Of a DNA stretch of 33,777 bases, positions 8,842-18,270 are shown piece by piece (within the stretch, counting starts at the first letter, position 1; the number at the start of each line of letters is the position of its first letter). Below the pieces are notes generated by a model. The model had not been told where the DNA came from and did not search any database. It saw nothing but the letters and a program-made list of their open reading frames with translations. The DNA is from an uncultured Clostridia bacterium. Lineage in GTDB: Bacteria; Bacillota; Clostridia; TANB77; CAG-508. A program made the translations under genes and the position numbers. The stretch lies in contig CANRFE010000001.1 in the NCBI GenBank assembly GCA_947629805.1, forward strand, positions 1 through 33,777, written 5' to 3'.

Positions 8842-10573
8842 CTATTTTTTCAAGATTATTTCTTTATCCTTTTTTATTTTTTCTATTTCTTCAAACCTTT
8901 TTATTTTTGCTGTTGTAGTTTTAATCATGGGTTCTTCTGTTATAATGATATTTTTTATATGTTGATAGTTTGGTAAATTTTGATTGATATTTTTAATGTC
9001 TTTCCATATTTTTTCCTTTCTTTCTTGCTCTGCTACCTGATTTTCTTGCATCCATTCTGGATTATACACAATCTTGGCAGATATTATAAAATCATCTTCT
9101 TTTGGCATACCAAATACCATACTCTCTTCTACATATGGCAAATGATTAAGAATCTCTTCTAATTCTTCTGGGTAAATATTCTTTCCATTTTTCAAGACAA
9201 TGACATTTTTCTTTCTTCCTGTAATAAAAATATACCCATCTTTATCTTGGTAACCCAAATCGCCTGTATAAAACCAACCATCTTTTAATACTTCTTTGGT
9301 TGCCCTATCTTCTTCGTAATAACCAAGCATTACATTAGGGCCTTTTGCAATAATTTCTCCAATTCCTTCTTCATTAGGAGAATCGATTTTTACTTCCACA
9401 TTTGCTAAAGGATACCCAATTGAACCATAACGAATATACTTTTCATTTTCCGCTGTAAGAACAGGTGAAGTTTCTGTTAGTCCATAACCTTGCACGGTTA
9501 AAATTCCAAAATCATTAAGTCCTTTTGCTACGTTTTTATCAAGAGCAGAAGCACCACTTACAACAAAACGAAGATTTCCTCCTAATGGTTCTATAATCTT
9601 GTGAAATACTTTTCTTCGTATATCGATTCCTAATTTCAATAAAAAGTTGGTAATGGGAATAATTCTGTCAATTAATTTTGCTTTTCCTTGTTTTTCTATT
9701 TCTTTTCTAATTTTTTTATACATCGTTTCTAATAATAAAGGAACACATACAAAAATAGATACTTTATACTCTTTTAAATTGCTCTGAATATGACGAATTC
9801 CATCACAAAATACATTGGTTGCACCGTTTACTTAAGAAAAAGAAAAGACCTGTACTTCCAAAGGTATGGTGAAATGGTAAAAAAGCTAAATTAACATCTG
9901 TATCATAAACTTTCTCTGCCATACTTAAAGCATAAATATTAGAAGCAATGTTCTTATGCGAAAGCATAACTGCTTTTGAAGTAGAGGTAGTACCAGAAGT
10001 AAAGAGTATTACTTGCATTTCTTCTTCGTGAATGTCTGCTTTTATAAAGTCTTCATAACCTTGCTGCAATAATTCTTTGCCTTCTTTTATTAAGGTTGGT
10101 AAACTTTGAAATTCTTTTTGTTCCTCCATGCAAATAAAATGCTTTATTTTTGTTTCCTTTTTTTCCTGTATTTGTTTCATAATACTAGCATATTTTTCAT
10201 CAAAAATAATAGCATCTGCATTGCTTCTTTGTAACAAAGATAAAATTTCATTTTCTGGGAGCCCTTTGTCTAATGGAATGACAATACCCGTTCCATTTAT
10301 AATGGCAAAATAGCTTAGCACCCACTCATAACGGTTTGGGCTAATAATTGCAATACGTTTATTCTTCAGTCCTCGTTTCATCAAACTAGAACCTAATGCA
10401 TTTATTTCTATTCCAAATTGTTCATACGTTACAACCTTATATTTTTCTTTCTCTTCCTGTTTATTTTTTATAATAAAAGCTTTATGGTCTGCATATTTTT
10501 TTATTGCATTTTGCATAATCTCCCTTAAATCCTTAAATTCTTCTGCTTGGTAAAGCATATTTTTCGATTTCAT
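8842..10573 (-). pseudogene. Long-chain acyl-CoA synthetase (AMP-binding family), split by a 1-nt frameshift
   Basis: N-terminal ORF (9803-10573) carries the AMP motif ILFTSGTTSTSKAVMLSH. C-terminal ORF (8842-9723) carries GYGLTETSP and YTGDLGY...ITGRKKNVIVLKNGKNIYPEELE. The C-terminal frame is open up to 9832 and reads NGATNVFCDGIRHIQSNLKEYKVSIFVCVPLLLETMYKK. Removing one A from the minus-strand agtAAAcgg (plus-strand 9827-9829) fuses the two parts. Confidence 0.85.
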
Positions 10574-10723
10574 AAAAATTTCTCCTTACTTTTTTATTCT
10601 TTATTTCTATTTTTTAATAAAAAAAAGACCATACTGTTTAGGTATCGCCTTTTGCATTTTTATTGTAACATAGTTCTGGTTTTCTTTCTATAAAACTGAC
10701 TACTTATTCCAAAGAATAAATTT

Positions 10724-11254
10724 TTATACATCATAAAAATAGGTTGCTTCTAAATCTGCTTCATGCATGTATAAAGCAAGGGGATATTTTTTATAAGCTT
10801 GTCCAATTGTACCATAAAATTCTTTTGGCTCTGTAAAGCCCATGTGCCAACGGATAGCATAACGTTCTTCTGGTGTCAATTTAATAAATTCTGATAACAT
10901 CATAACAGATTTTTCCCCATGTCCATAAGGAATGGAATCTTCTACTGTATAATACGGTACTTTTTCCCATACGCCTTGTTCATTTTTTGCATTACGATAA
11001 TCTACCTTATAATAATTTACTTTACAAATATCATGTAATAAGGCAATAATTTTAACAGAATCCGAATCTTCGGTTTTCGTTTTCAAAATTTCATATACCT
11101 TCGTACTATGTTCTAATAAACCACCTTTATAGCATCCATGAAAACGTGTACTAGCAGGCGCTTCAAAAAAATCAGAGTGATTTAAGAATTCAATTAACTG
11201 ATCCATCCCTTCTCTTTTAACTTGCTTTAAGATATTGATAAATTCTTCCTTCAT
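10724..11254 (-). CDS. HD-domain phosphohydrolase
   Basis: 176 aa. FHGCYKGGLLEHS ... ALLHDICK (H...HD signature). Confidence 0.8.
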   Translation of the reverse strand: MKEEFINILKQVKREGMDQLIEFLNHSDFFEAPASTRFHGCYKGGLLEHSTKVYEILKTKTEDSDSVKIIALLHDICKVNYYKVDYRNAKNEQGVWEKVPYYTVEDSIPYGHGEKSVMMLSEFIKLTPEERYAIRWHMGFTEPKEFYGTIGQAYKKYPLALYMHEADLEATYFYDV

Positions 11255-12092
11255 TTCTTTCTCCTTTCAAAATAGATTCTAATTCATTTTTTAAGTTTTT
11301 ATCAAATTTGTAATAATATGGCTCAATATCTGGGAAAAAGCTATCAAAATAAATAATATTTCCGTTTTTATCAATAGCCTTCAAATTGGGAAATGTGCGA
11401 ATAATTTTTCGATTAGAAAAAAAGGTATTAATGATATTGGCTAATTTTTCATTACTATAGTATTTTTCATATAAGTTTTCCATTTTTTCTTTAGCATTTA
11501 CTTGTATGTCATGTTCATGAATCATGCGAAGATAAAACATATTAATTGCAAAGCCTGTTAAAATAAAATCTACAAATAAAAATAAGATTACCATTGTAGT
11601 CATAATTTTAAGTGTTTTAAGAGAAAACTTTTTTTGTATCCATGCTATTAGCTTATCTATTCTAGGATTTGCATACGAAATCAAATAAATTGCTAAAAAC
11701 CCCCAAAACAAAGAAAAAAATACGCAAATTCTGCCATGAATATTAAGAGGCATATTAGAATAATCCCACCAAATAACATGAAAAATTTTTTCTCCCAAAA
11801 AACTAATGATATATTCTGTAACAGAGCCAATCAGAAAACCACCCCAAAATAGAGTGTTATTGTTTTTCTTAAAATACTGTAAAAAAACAATCATAATAAC
11901 AGCACCTAAGCCATAAATAGAACAAAATGGACCATATAAAAAGCTTTGTCTACTTTCCCACGTTCCTTTTGTCATCATACTATATAAGGTTTCAATTACA
12001 TAACCTAACACACTATAAATAATAAAATATGCCAAAATTCTCCATATACTAAAACCTAAAATGGTCCATTTCTTTTTCGTATTTTCTTCCAT
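11217..12092 (-). CDS. Polytopic membrane protein, PF06541-like (putative ABC-transporter type IV / CmpB-like)
   Basis: 291 aa. LGYVIETLY and YGPFCSIYGLGAV motifs. Its 3' end overlaps the HD gene start by 38 nt. Confidence 0.65.
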   Translation of the reverse strand: MEENTKKKWTILGFSIWRILAYFIIYSVLGYVIETLYSMMTKGTWESRQSFLYGPFCSIYGLGAVIMIVFLQYFKKNNNTLFWGGFLIGSVTEYIISFLGEKIFHVIWWDYSNMPLNIHGRICVFFSLFWGFLAIYLISYANPRIDKLIAWIQKKFSLKTLKIMTTMVILFLFVDFILTGFAINMFYLRMIHEHDIQVNAKEKMENLYEKYYSNEKLANIINTFFSNRKIIRTFPNLKAIDKNGNIIYFDSFFPDIEPYYYKFDKNLKNELESILKGERNEGRIYQYLKAS

Positions 12093-12134
12093 TTCTTTTT
12101 TCCTTTCTATGCTTACATAAAATCTTCTTAGAAG

Positions 12135-12440
12135 TTAAAAGAAAAAGCCATAGTAAATTCCTACTAGTATTTCAAAAATAAGAATAGCAGGAAAACCTAT
12201 TACAAACCTCGGCTTCTGCGTTTTGTGTCGAAAAATATACATGCCAGCTATTCCGCCAATTCCACCACCTAATAAAACCAGAAAAAACAAAGTAGATTCC
12301 TTTATTCTCCATTTTGCATATTTTGCTTTTCTTTTATCTAACCACATTGCAAAAAAAGTTAGTAGGTTTATCATAATAAAATAAATAAGGATATTGGGAA
12401 CTGTAAAAATTTTGCTAAAGTCTATTCTTGTTTCAAACAT
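12135..12440 (-). CDS. DUF1294-family small membrane protein
   Basis: 101 aa. WLDKRKAKYAKWRIKESTL ... GGGIGGIAGMYIFRHKTQKPRF. Confidence 0.8.
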   Translation of the reverse strand: MFETRIDFSKIFTVPNILIYFIMINLLTFFAMWLDKRKAKYAKWRIKESTLFFLVLLGGGIGGIAGMYIFRHKTQKPRFVIGFPAILIFEILVGIYYGFFF

Positions 12441-12539
12441 CTTTTCTTTTCCCCTTTTCTAAAAGATAGTTTCATTATATCATATTTTTTTATTTTGTAT
12501 AGTTCTTTTCTATTTTAATTTTTTTGGTTTTATGTTAAT

Positions 12540-12568
12540 TTGCATTTTTTCTTATCTTGTGCTATAAT
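12540..12568 (+). promoter_or_regulatory. Sigma-A type promoter of the 235-aa orphan gene
   Basis: TTGCAT (12540-12545), 17 nt, TATAAT (12563-12568), with an extended -10 TG (tgcTATAAT). Confidence 0.5.
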
Positions 12569-12616
12569 AGAAATGTGTTAAAAAATACGTAAAGAGAAAA
12601 AGAAGGTGAAATTTTT

Positions 12617-13324
12617 ATGTACGAAAGCTATAAATTTTTTCCTATGGAAGAACGACAATGGAATCAATCTTTTTTAGATGCCACAAAACAAGGAGATAAG
12701 AAAAAAGTATTCGAATTATTAAGGCAAGCTGGTGAAGTTTACCTAGACGAATACTATATTGACCATTCTATTTTTAAGTTAAACCAAACGAATATTTCTT
12801 CAGAAAAGAAAGAAAAACTATTAGCCGACCTAAAAAAATGTAAAATTGTAAAAGAAGTAGCAGAACAAAAAGACACGCTAGCAATTAAAACTTCTTCTAC
12901 TCCTATTATGGTATCAAAGTTGTCCAATCTTATTCCTGGCATTGAAAATATTACACCTTCAAAACAAAAAGACAATATTGTAAATAAAAGCGTTTATCGT
13001 TCTGAATATATTTCTCAAATGTTAAGCTTTCCCAATAGTGTTGTTACAGGCTATACGTATGGCATTGCAGATAAAGCCAAAAGTATAAATACTTGGGTAG
13101 AATTCAAAAATCATAAAAATCAAGAATTTGTTGTATTTCCTGATACAAATACGGTATATAATAAAGAAGGATTTTACTTCTTAAAACATGCAGAACCCAT
13201 AAAAAAAGTAGCTAGTGATGATTTAAGAGGAAAATCTTCTGTTGGCAAAGGTTCTTCTTATAGTGAACTTGGTATGCCAGCTGTAGATGTCGACATAGAA
13301 ATTGATATGAATGATGAAAGATAA
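12617..13324 (+). CDS. Hypothetical soluble protein, no recognisable domain
   Basis: 235-aa ORF with RBS GAAGGTGA 8 nt upstream, its own promoter and terminator. No signal peptide or TM helix. Acidic C-terminus. Confidence 0.6.
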   Translation: MYESYKFFPMEERQWNQSFLDATKQGDKKKVFELLRQAGEVYLDEYYIDHSIFKLNQTNISSEKKEKLLADLKKCKIVKEVAEQKDTLAIKTSSTPIMVSKLSNLIPGIENITPSKQKDNIVNKSVYRSEYISQMLSFPNSVVTGYTYGIADKAKSINTWVEFKNHKNQEFVVFPDTNTVYNKEGFYFLKHAEPIKKVASDDLRGKSSVGKGSSYSELGMPAVDVDIEIDMNDER

Positions 13325-13357
13325 AAAGTACCTTTTAGGTACTTTTTTCTTTTTTTC
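13325..13357 (+). terminator. Rho-independent terminator of the 235-aa gene
   Basis: Stem aaagtacc / ggtacttt with loop tttta, followed by tttctttttttc. Confidence 0.6.
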
Positions 13358-13359
13358 TT

Positions 13360-13412
13360 AATGTCCCAAAAGGGACAGATACTCCTTTAGAAAACGTCCC
13401 TAATGCGACATT
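13360..13412 (-). repeat. Composite, degenerate copy B of the 35-nt palindromic repeat
   Basis: The minus strand reads aatgtcGcattagggacgttttctaaagga, beginning inside the polC TAA. It is followed by gtatc and an extra perfect hairpin, tgtccc tttt gggaca tt. Confidence 0.7.
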
Positions 13413-16400
13413 AACTAAAAAGGCTCATTTGGTTACTTTGGCTCATGCCTTGTAAGCAACCGAATTTTTGTAAAAGCTCTACTACAGATTTTCCTATTTT
13501 GGAACGTACTTGCATATCATCAATTGACATGAATTTTCCTTCTTTTTTTGCATCTTCAATTCCTTCTGCTGCCACGGTTCCAAGTCCTGGTATACTATTT
13601 AGAGGTGGTCTTATTTTTCCGTCTTCTACTTGGAATTTTGTACTATGGGATTTATATAAGTCCATTGGTAAGAAGCTTATACCTCTCTCATACATTTCTA
13701 GAACTAATTCTAAAATAGCATACATGTTTTTATCTTTAGCAGTCGCACTATTGCCTGCTAGTTCTATTTCTTTCATTTTATTTTTCACTTTTTCTTTTCC
13801 ATAACACATCACTTCACTATCAAATTCATCTGCACGAATGGTAAAATATGCTGCATAGTAAGCTACTGGTTCATGTACCTTAAACCACGCAATACGAAAA
13901 GCATTGGTTACATAGGCTGCTGCATGAGCTTTTGGGAACATGTATTTAATTTTTTCACAAGATTTTATATACCAGTCTGGTACGTCATGTTCTTTCATTA
14001 AAGCTACATATTCTGCCCATTTTTCTTTATCTTTTAAGGCTTTCCCCTTACGCACTACTTCCATAATTTTGAAAGCTGGGTTTGGTGGAACACCTTTTTT
14101 AATTAAGTAAATCATAATATCGTCACGGCAACAAATTGCCTCGTTTAAGGTTACTGTTCCATCTTCAATTAGACTTTGTGCATTGCCAAGCCATACGTCT
14201 GTACCATGTGATAACCCAGAAATACGAATTAGTTCGTCAAAAGTAGTTGGTTTGGTATCCACTAACATTCCTCTTACAAATTTCGTTCCAAACTCTGGAA
14301 TTCCATAACTTCCTACCTCACTTCTAATTTGCTCTGGTGTTACCCCTAGAGCATTTGTGGAACTAAAAATAGACATGGTTTCTTTATCGTCTAATGGTAC
14401 CTTCGTTGGGTCTATTCCAGTTAAGTCATATAGCATACGAATCATAGTTGGATCATCGTGTCCTAGAATATCTAATTTTAATAAATTTTGGTCAATAGAG
14501 TGATAATCAAAGTGCGTCGTTATAATATCAGAATCTGGGTCATCTGCTGGATGTTGTACGGGTGTGAATTCATAAATTTCTCTTCCTTTTGGTACAACAA
14601 TAATTCCTCCTGGATGTTGCCCTGTAGTTCTTTTTACTCCTGTACAACCTTGCGAAACTCTAACAATTTCTGCATTGCTAACAGGAATGTTTCTTTCTTC
14701 ATAATATTTTTTAACATATCCATAAGCTGTTTTATCTGCTACCGTTCCTACCGTTCCCGCTTTGAAAGTAGTACCTTTTCCAAAAATTACTTCCGTATAT
14801 TTATGGGCTTTTGCTTGATATTCTCCTGAAAAGTTTAAGTCAATATCTGGCTCTTTATCCCCATTAAAGCCAAGAAAGGTCTCAAATGGTATGTCAATTC
14901 CATCTTTTAACATTTTTGTGCCACAATGTGGGCAAGTTTTATCTGGTAAATCAAAACCACATTGATAACCATAATCTGTAAAATCTGAATATTTACAATT
15001 TGGGCATCGATAGTGTGGTGGTAGTGAATTTACTTCTGTAATTCCCGTCATATTGGCTACAAAAGAAGAACCTACAGAACCACGCGATCCTACAATATAG
15101 CCATCTTCATTTGATTTCCATACTAATTTTTGCGCAATAATATACATTACAGAGAATCCATTTTTTATAATGGAATTTAATTCTTTATCTAGTCTTTCTT
15201 GTACAATTGGTGGAAGTGGATCCCCATATAATTCATGTGCTTTGGTAAATGCAATGTCTTTAATGGTTTGCTCACATCCCTCAATATAAGGAGGACATTT
15301 TTCTGGGGAAATGGGGCTAATTCTTTCACACATATCAGCCACTTTATTCGTATTGGTTACTACTACTTCATAGGCCTTTTCTTTTCCTAAATAGGCAAAT
15401 TCTTCTAGCATTTCCTCTGTAGTTCTTAAATAAAGTGGTGCTTGAACATCGGCATCTTCATAGCCTTGCCCTGCCATTAAAATTCTTCTATATATTTCAT
15501 CTTGTGGATCCATAAAATGAACATCACAAGTAGCAACTACTAATTTTCCTAACTTTTCGCCCAAGGCTACAATTTTGCGATTGATGTCTTCTACTGCTTT
15601 TGCATCTGGTAAAGTACCATTTCGAACCATATACATATTATTTCCTGTTGGCTGAATTTCTAAGTAGTCATAGTCTTTTGCTATTTCTTCTATTGCCTCC
15701 TCCTCTTTTCCTTCTACAATGGCACGATATAACTCTCCTGCTTCACATGCACTTCCTAAAATAAGCCCTTCCGAATACTTTTTATAAATTGATTTTAAAA
15801 TACGTGGTTTTTTATAAAAATAATGTAAATGAGAAAGGGACACTAATTTATACAAATTTTTTAGTCCTACATAGTCTTTGGCTAAAATAATAGCATGGTA
15901 GCTTGGAAGTTTTTTATAATTGGTATTTTTCTCTTCTTGTTTATCAATTTCCTCTAGCGTTTTTACCCCTTTTTCTTCCAACATTTTTAACATGACTTTT
16001 AATACTTTTACTGTCGTATCTACATCATCTAGCGCTCTATGAGCAACCTCTACCGTAATTCCTAATTTTTCTGCAATGATACCTAGTTTATATTTTTTGA
16101 AATCTGGAAACAAGTCTTTAGCTAAACGTAAAGTATCCATATAAGTATTTTCTAAGGAATATCCTAATTGCTTTGCATTATATTTTAGAAAACCAATATC
16201 AAAATCTGCATTATGTGCTACAAGTACACTATCTCCAATGAATTCTAACATTTTCGGAAATACTTTGTCGATAGTTTCTGCATCTTTTACCATATCATCT
16301 GTAATATTGGTTACTTCTACCACCTTTTGTGGAATTGGTTTTTCTGGATTAACAAAACAAGAAAATTCCTCTACTACTTCTCCATTTTTCACTTTCATAA

Positions 16401-18207
16401 TTCCAATTTCTGTAATCTTTTCTGTACGAAAAGAAAGTCCTGTGGTTTCTAAATCAAGAACACAGAAGGTAGTATCTTCTAAAGTTTGTCCTTTTGCATT
16501 TGTTACAATTTGGCTTTTATCTGGTACAAGATACGCTTCCACCCCGTAAATTACTTTCATATCGGGATTGTCATATCCTAATAATTTATGTGCATCTGGA
16601 AAAGATTGTACCACTCCATGATCGGTAATGGCAATAGATTTCATTCCCCATTTCATAGCACGTTTTATTAAATCTGTAACCGGAGTAACTCCATCCATTT
16701 GGCTCATTTGCGTATGCATATGTAATTCTACTCTTTTTACTTCTGCATTGTCCATTCTTACTTCTCTTTGAATGCCATTAGAAGTAAGTATAGTATTTGC
16801 CATAATGGTAAGTTCCTTCGAAAAAGCATCCATTCCTGCTTTTCCTGAAAGTTTAATTCCCTTTGCCCCTTTTATTTTTCCTATCACTTTTTTACTATTT
16901 TCTTTCGTCAAAAAAGCTTTACAAGTAATGGTACTTGTTCCATCATAAACATCTATACTGAATAAAATTTTTCCACCTTTTAATTCTTTCTCTTCCATAT
17001 TGATGACTTCTCCATCAATACAAACATTGCCAGAATCTACACTTAAGTCCTGAATCTTCATAAGTGGTTCTTTTATTTGTATATTCATTCCTAAAATAAG
17101 GGGAGAATCTTCCTCTTCGGTTGGAAGTTTAGCAAAATTTTCTCCATTTACTTCTAAAATTGTATTAGCCATAATGGTAACATCCCCTGCAAAAGCATCT
17201 AAGCCTGCTTTTCCAATGGTTTTTATACCACTTGCTTTTTTTATTTTATCTGCTACTTGACTGCCTTCTTCCGCATTTTTAGTAAAAGATTTACAAGTAA
17301 TGCTACCCGTTCCATCGTAAATATCGTAAATAATCATGCCTTTTCCTGTTTTGGTTTCTCTTGCCTCACAGGTTATAACTCTTCCTTCAATGGTAATTCT
17401 TTTATTATCTGCCGTAATATCTTTAATTTTTATTTTATTTTCTTTTGCTTTGGAAATAGTTCCTAAAATAAGATTTTCTTCTTCGTCCCATTTTTCTAAT
17501 TCTTGTAGGTATTCTTCTTCTACTGGTATATCCTTATCTTCTAAAGGAGGTGGTTCTACAAAAGAATGTCCCTCTTCTTTTTTACTTTCTTCCTGTTCTA
17601 ATATAGCTTGTTCTTGTGCCTTTCGAATTTCTTGTTGTTGTCTCTGCCTTGCTAATTCTTCTCTTTTTTGCATTTCTTCTTGGGAGATTGCTTCTATATA
17701 AGTTACTTTATACTTTTTTCCGTAAATATTATACAAGATGGTAGATAAAATTTCATCTAATCTTTTGGCTATTAAAAAATCTTTTCCTTTCCCAAACAAC
17801 AATACATTGACCGCATTCTTTTCCACAGAAATTTTACTATTTTTTAGAATAGCTTTTGTCATAGGATGTTTACGAGCTAAATATTCTATCATATCTAGCC
17901 ATTCATTTTCTATGGTTTTCTCTATGGCATCTTGATCTACTGTTTCACATACTTTTTCTTCTTGTTCTTTTTGTGGTAACTCTACTTTCATTTCTACGGT
18001 TTGAATCCCAAAACGCCCTTCTATATATTGTTCAAAGGCTTCAATTTGTCTAATTGAAATTCTTTTTTTAGAAAATAAAACAATCTCAATAGAATTCGTT
18101 TTCTTATATAAATTTATAGATTTGATTTTGGCCTCTAGTATTTCCTGTGTTACCGAACGATAATCTTGAAATATTTCTTTTACCGTTTTATATGTTTCTT
18201 CGTTCAT
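13411..18207 (-). CDS. polC: DNA polymerase III alpha subunit, Gram-positive PolC type
   Basis: PHP motif VELHMHTQMSQMDG. Exonuclease motifs FCVLDLETTGLS, VAHNADFDIGFL and HRALDDV. Zn-finger CPNCKY...CPHCG. C-terminal clamp-binding-like QMSLF. The ORF track starts at a TTG (18216), but the ATG at 18207 is about 11 nt after AGGGGGA and is preferred. Confidence 0.97.
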   Translation of the reverse strand: MNEETYKTVKEIFQDYRSVTQEILEAKIKSINLYKKTNSIEIVLFSKKRISIRQIEAFEQYIEGRFGIQTVEMKVELPQKEQEEKVCETVDQDAIEKTIENEWLDMIEYLARKHPMTKAILKNSKISVEKNAVNVLLFGKGKDFLIAKRLDEILSTILYNIYGKKYKVTYIEAISQEEMQKREELARQRQQQEIRKAQEQAILEQEESKKEEGHSFVEPPPLEDKDIPVEEEYLQELEKWDEEENLILGTISKAKENKIKIKDITADNKRITIEGRVITCEARETKTGKGMIIYDIYDGTGSITCKSFTKNAEEGSQVADKIKKASGIKTIGKAGLDAFAGDVTIMANTILEVNGENFAKLPTEEEDSPLILGMNIQIKEPLMKIQDLSVDSGNVCIDGEVINMEEKELKGGKILFSIDVYDGTSTITCKAFLTKENSKKVIGKIKGAKGIKLSGKAGMDAFSKELTIMANTILTSNGIQREVRMDNAEVKRVELHMHTQMSQMDGVTPVTDLIKRAMKWGMKSIAITDHGVVQSFPDAHKLLGYDNPDMKVIYGVEAYLVPDKSQIVTNAKGQTLEDTTFCVLDLETTGLSFRTEKITEIGIMKVKNGEVVEEFSCFVNPEKPIPQKVVEVTNITDDMVKDAETIDKVFPKMLEFIGDSVLVAHNADFDIGFLKYNAKQLGYSLENTYMDTLRLAKDLFPDFKKYKLGIIAEKLGITVEVAHRALDDVDTTVKVLKVMLKMLEEKGVKTLEEIDKQEEKNTNYKKLPSYHAIILAKDYVGLKNLYKLVSLSHLHYFYKKPRILKSIYKKYSEGLILGSACEAGELYRAIVEGKEEEAIEEIAKDYDYLEIQPTGNNMYMVRNGTLPDAKAVEDINRKIVALGEKLGKLVVATCDVHFMDPQDEIYRRILMAGQGYEDADVQAPLYLRTTEEMLEEFAYLGKEKAYEVVVTNTNKVADMCERISPISPEKCPPYIEGCEQTIKDIAFTKAHELYGDPLPPIVQERLDKELNSIIKNGFSVMYIIAQKLVWKSNEDGYIVGSRGSVGSSFVANMTGITEVNSLPPHYRCPNCKYSDFTDYGYQCGFDLPDKTCPHCGTKMLKDGIDIPFETFLGFNGDKEPDIDLNFSGEYQAKAHKYTEVIFGKGTTFKAGTVGTVADKTAYGYVKKYYEERNIPVSNAEIVRVSQGCTGVKRTTGQHPGGIIVVPKGREIYEFTPVQHPADDPDSDIITTHFDYHSIDQNLLKLDILGHDDPTMIRMLYDLTGIDPTKVPLDDKETMSIFSSTNALGVTPEQIRSEVGSYGIPEFGTKFVRGMLVDTKPTTFDELIRISGLSHGTDVWLGNAQSLIEDGTVTLNEAICCRDDIMIYLIKKGVPPNPAFKIMEVVRKGKALKDKEKWAEYVALMKEHDVPDWYIKSCEKIKYMFPKAHAAAYVTNAFRIAWFKVHEPVAYYAAYFTIRADEFDSEVMCYGKEKVKNKMKEIELAGNSATAKDKNMYAILELVLEMYERGISFLPMDLYKSHSTKFQVEDGKIRPPLNSIPGLGTVAAEGIEDAKKEGKFMSIDDMQVRSKIGKSVVELLQKFGCLQGMSQSNQMSLFS
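16774..17472 (-). repeat. Intragenic tandem duplication of the PolC OB-fold region (two units of about 110 aa)
   Basis: ORF-track residues 249-358 (LILGTISKAKEN...IMANTILEVNG) and 373-481 (LILGMNIQIKEP...IMANTILTSNG) align end to end. About half the residues are identical in my by-eye alignment. DNA similarity is only partial. Confidence 0.8.
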
Positions 18208-18270
18208 ACAATTCAACTTCCCCCTGAAGTTTCCTTCTTAAAACTTTTTTCTTTTGTTTCATCTGTTTAT

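Noticed and set aside
11217-11254. 38-nt overlap between the PF06541-like gene end and the HD gene start
   Set aside because: This is probably ordinary overlap, or the HD gene uses the internal Met (MDQLIEF, about 11206). No frameshift or fusion is indicated.
13445-17935. Several plus-strand ORFs of 65-121 aa within polC (13445-13804, 14488-14829, 16238-16549, 17257-17701, 17738-17935)
   Set aside because: All are antisense to a strongly supported 1600-aa PolC frame. None has RBS or domain evidence.
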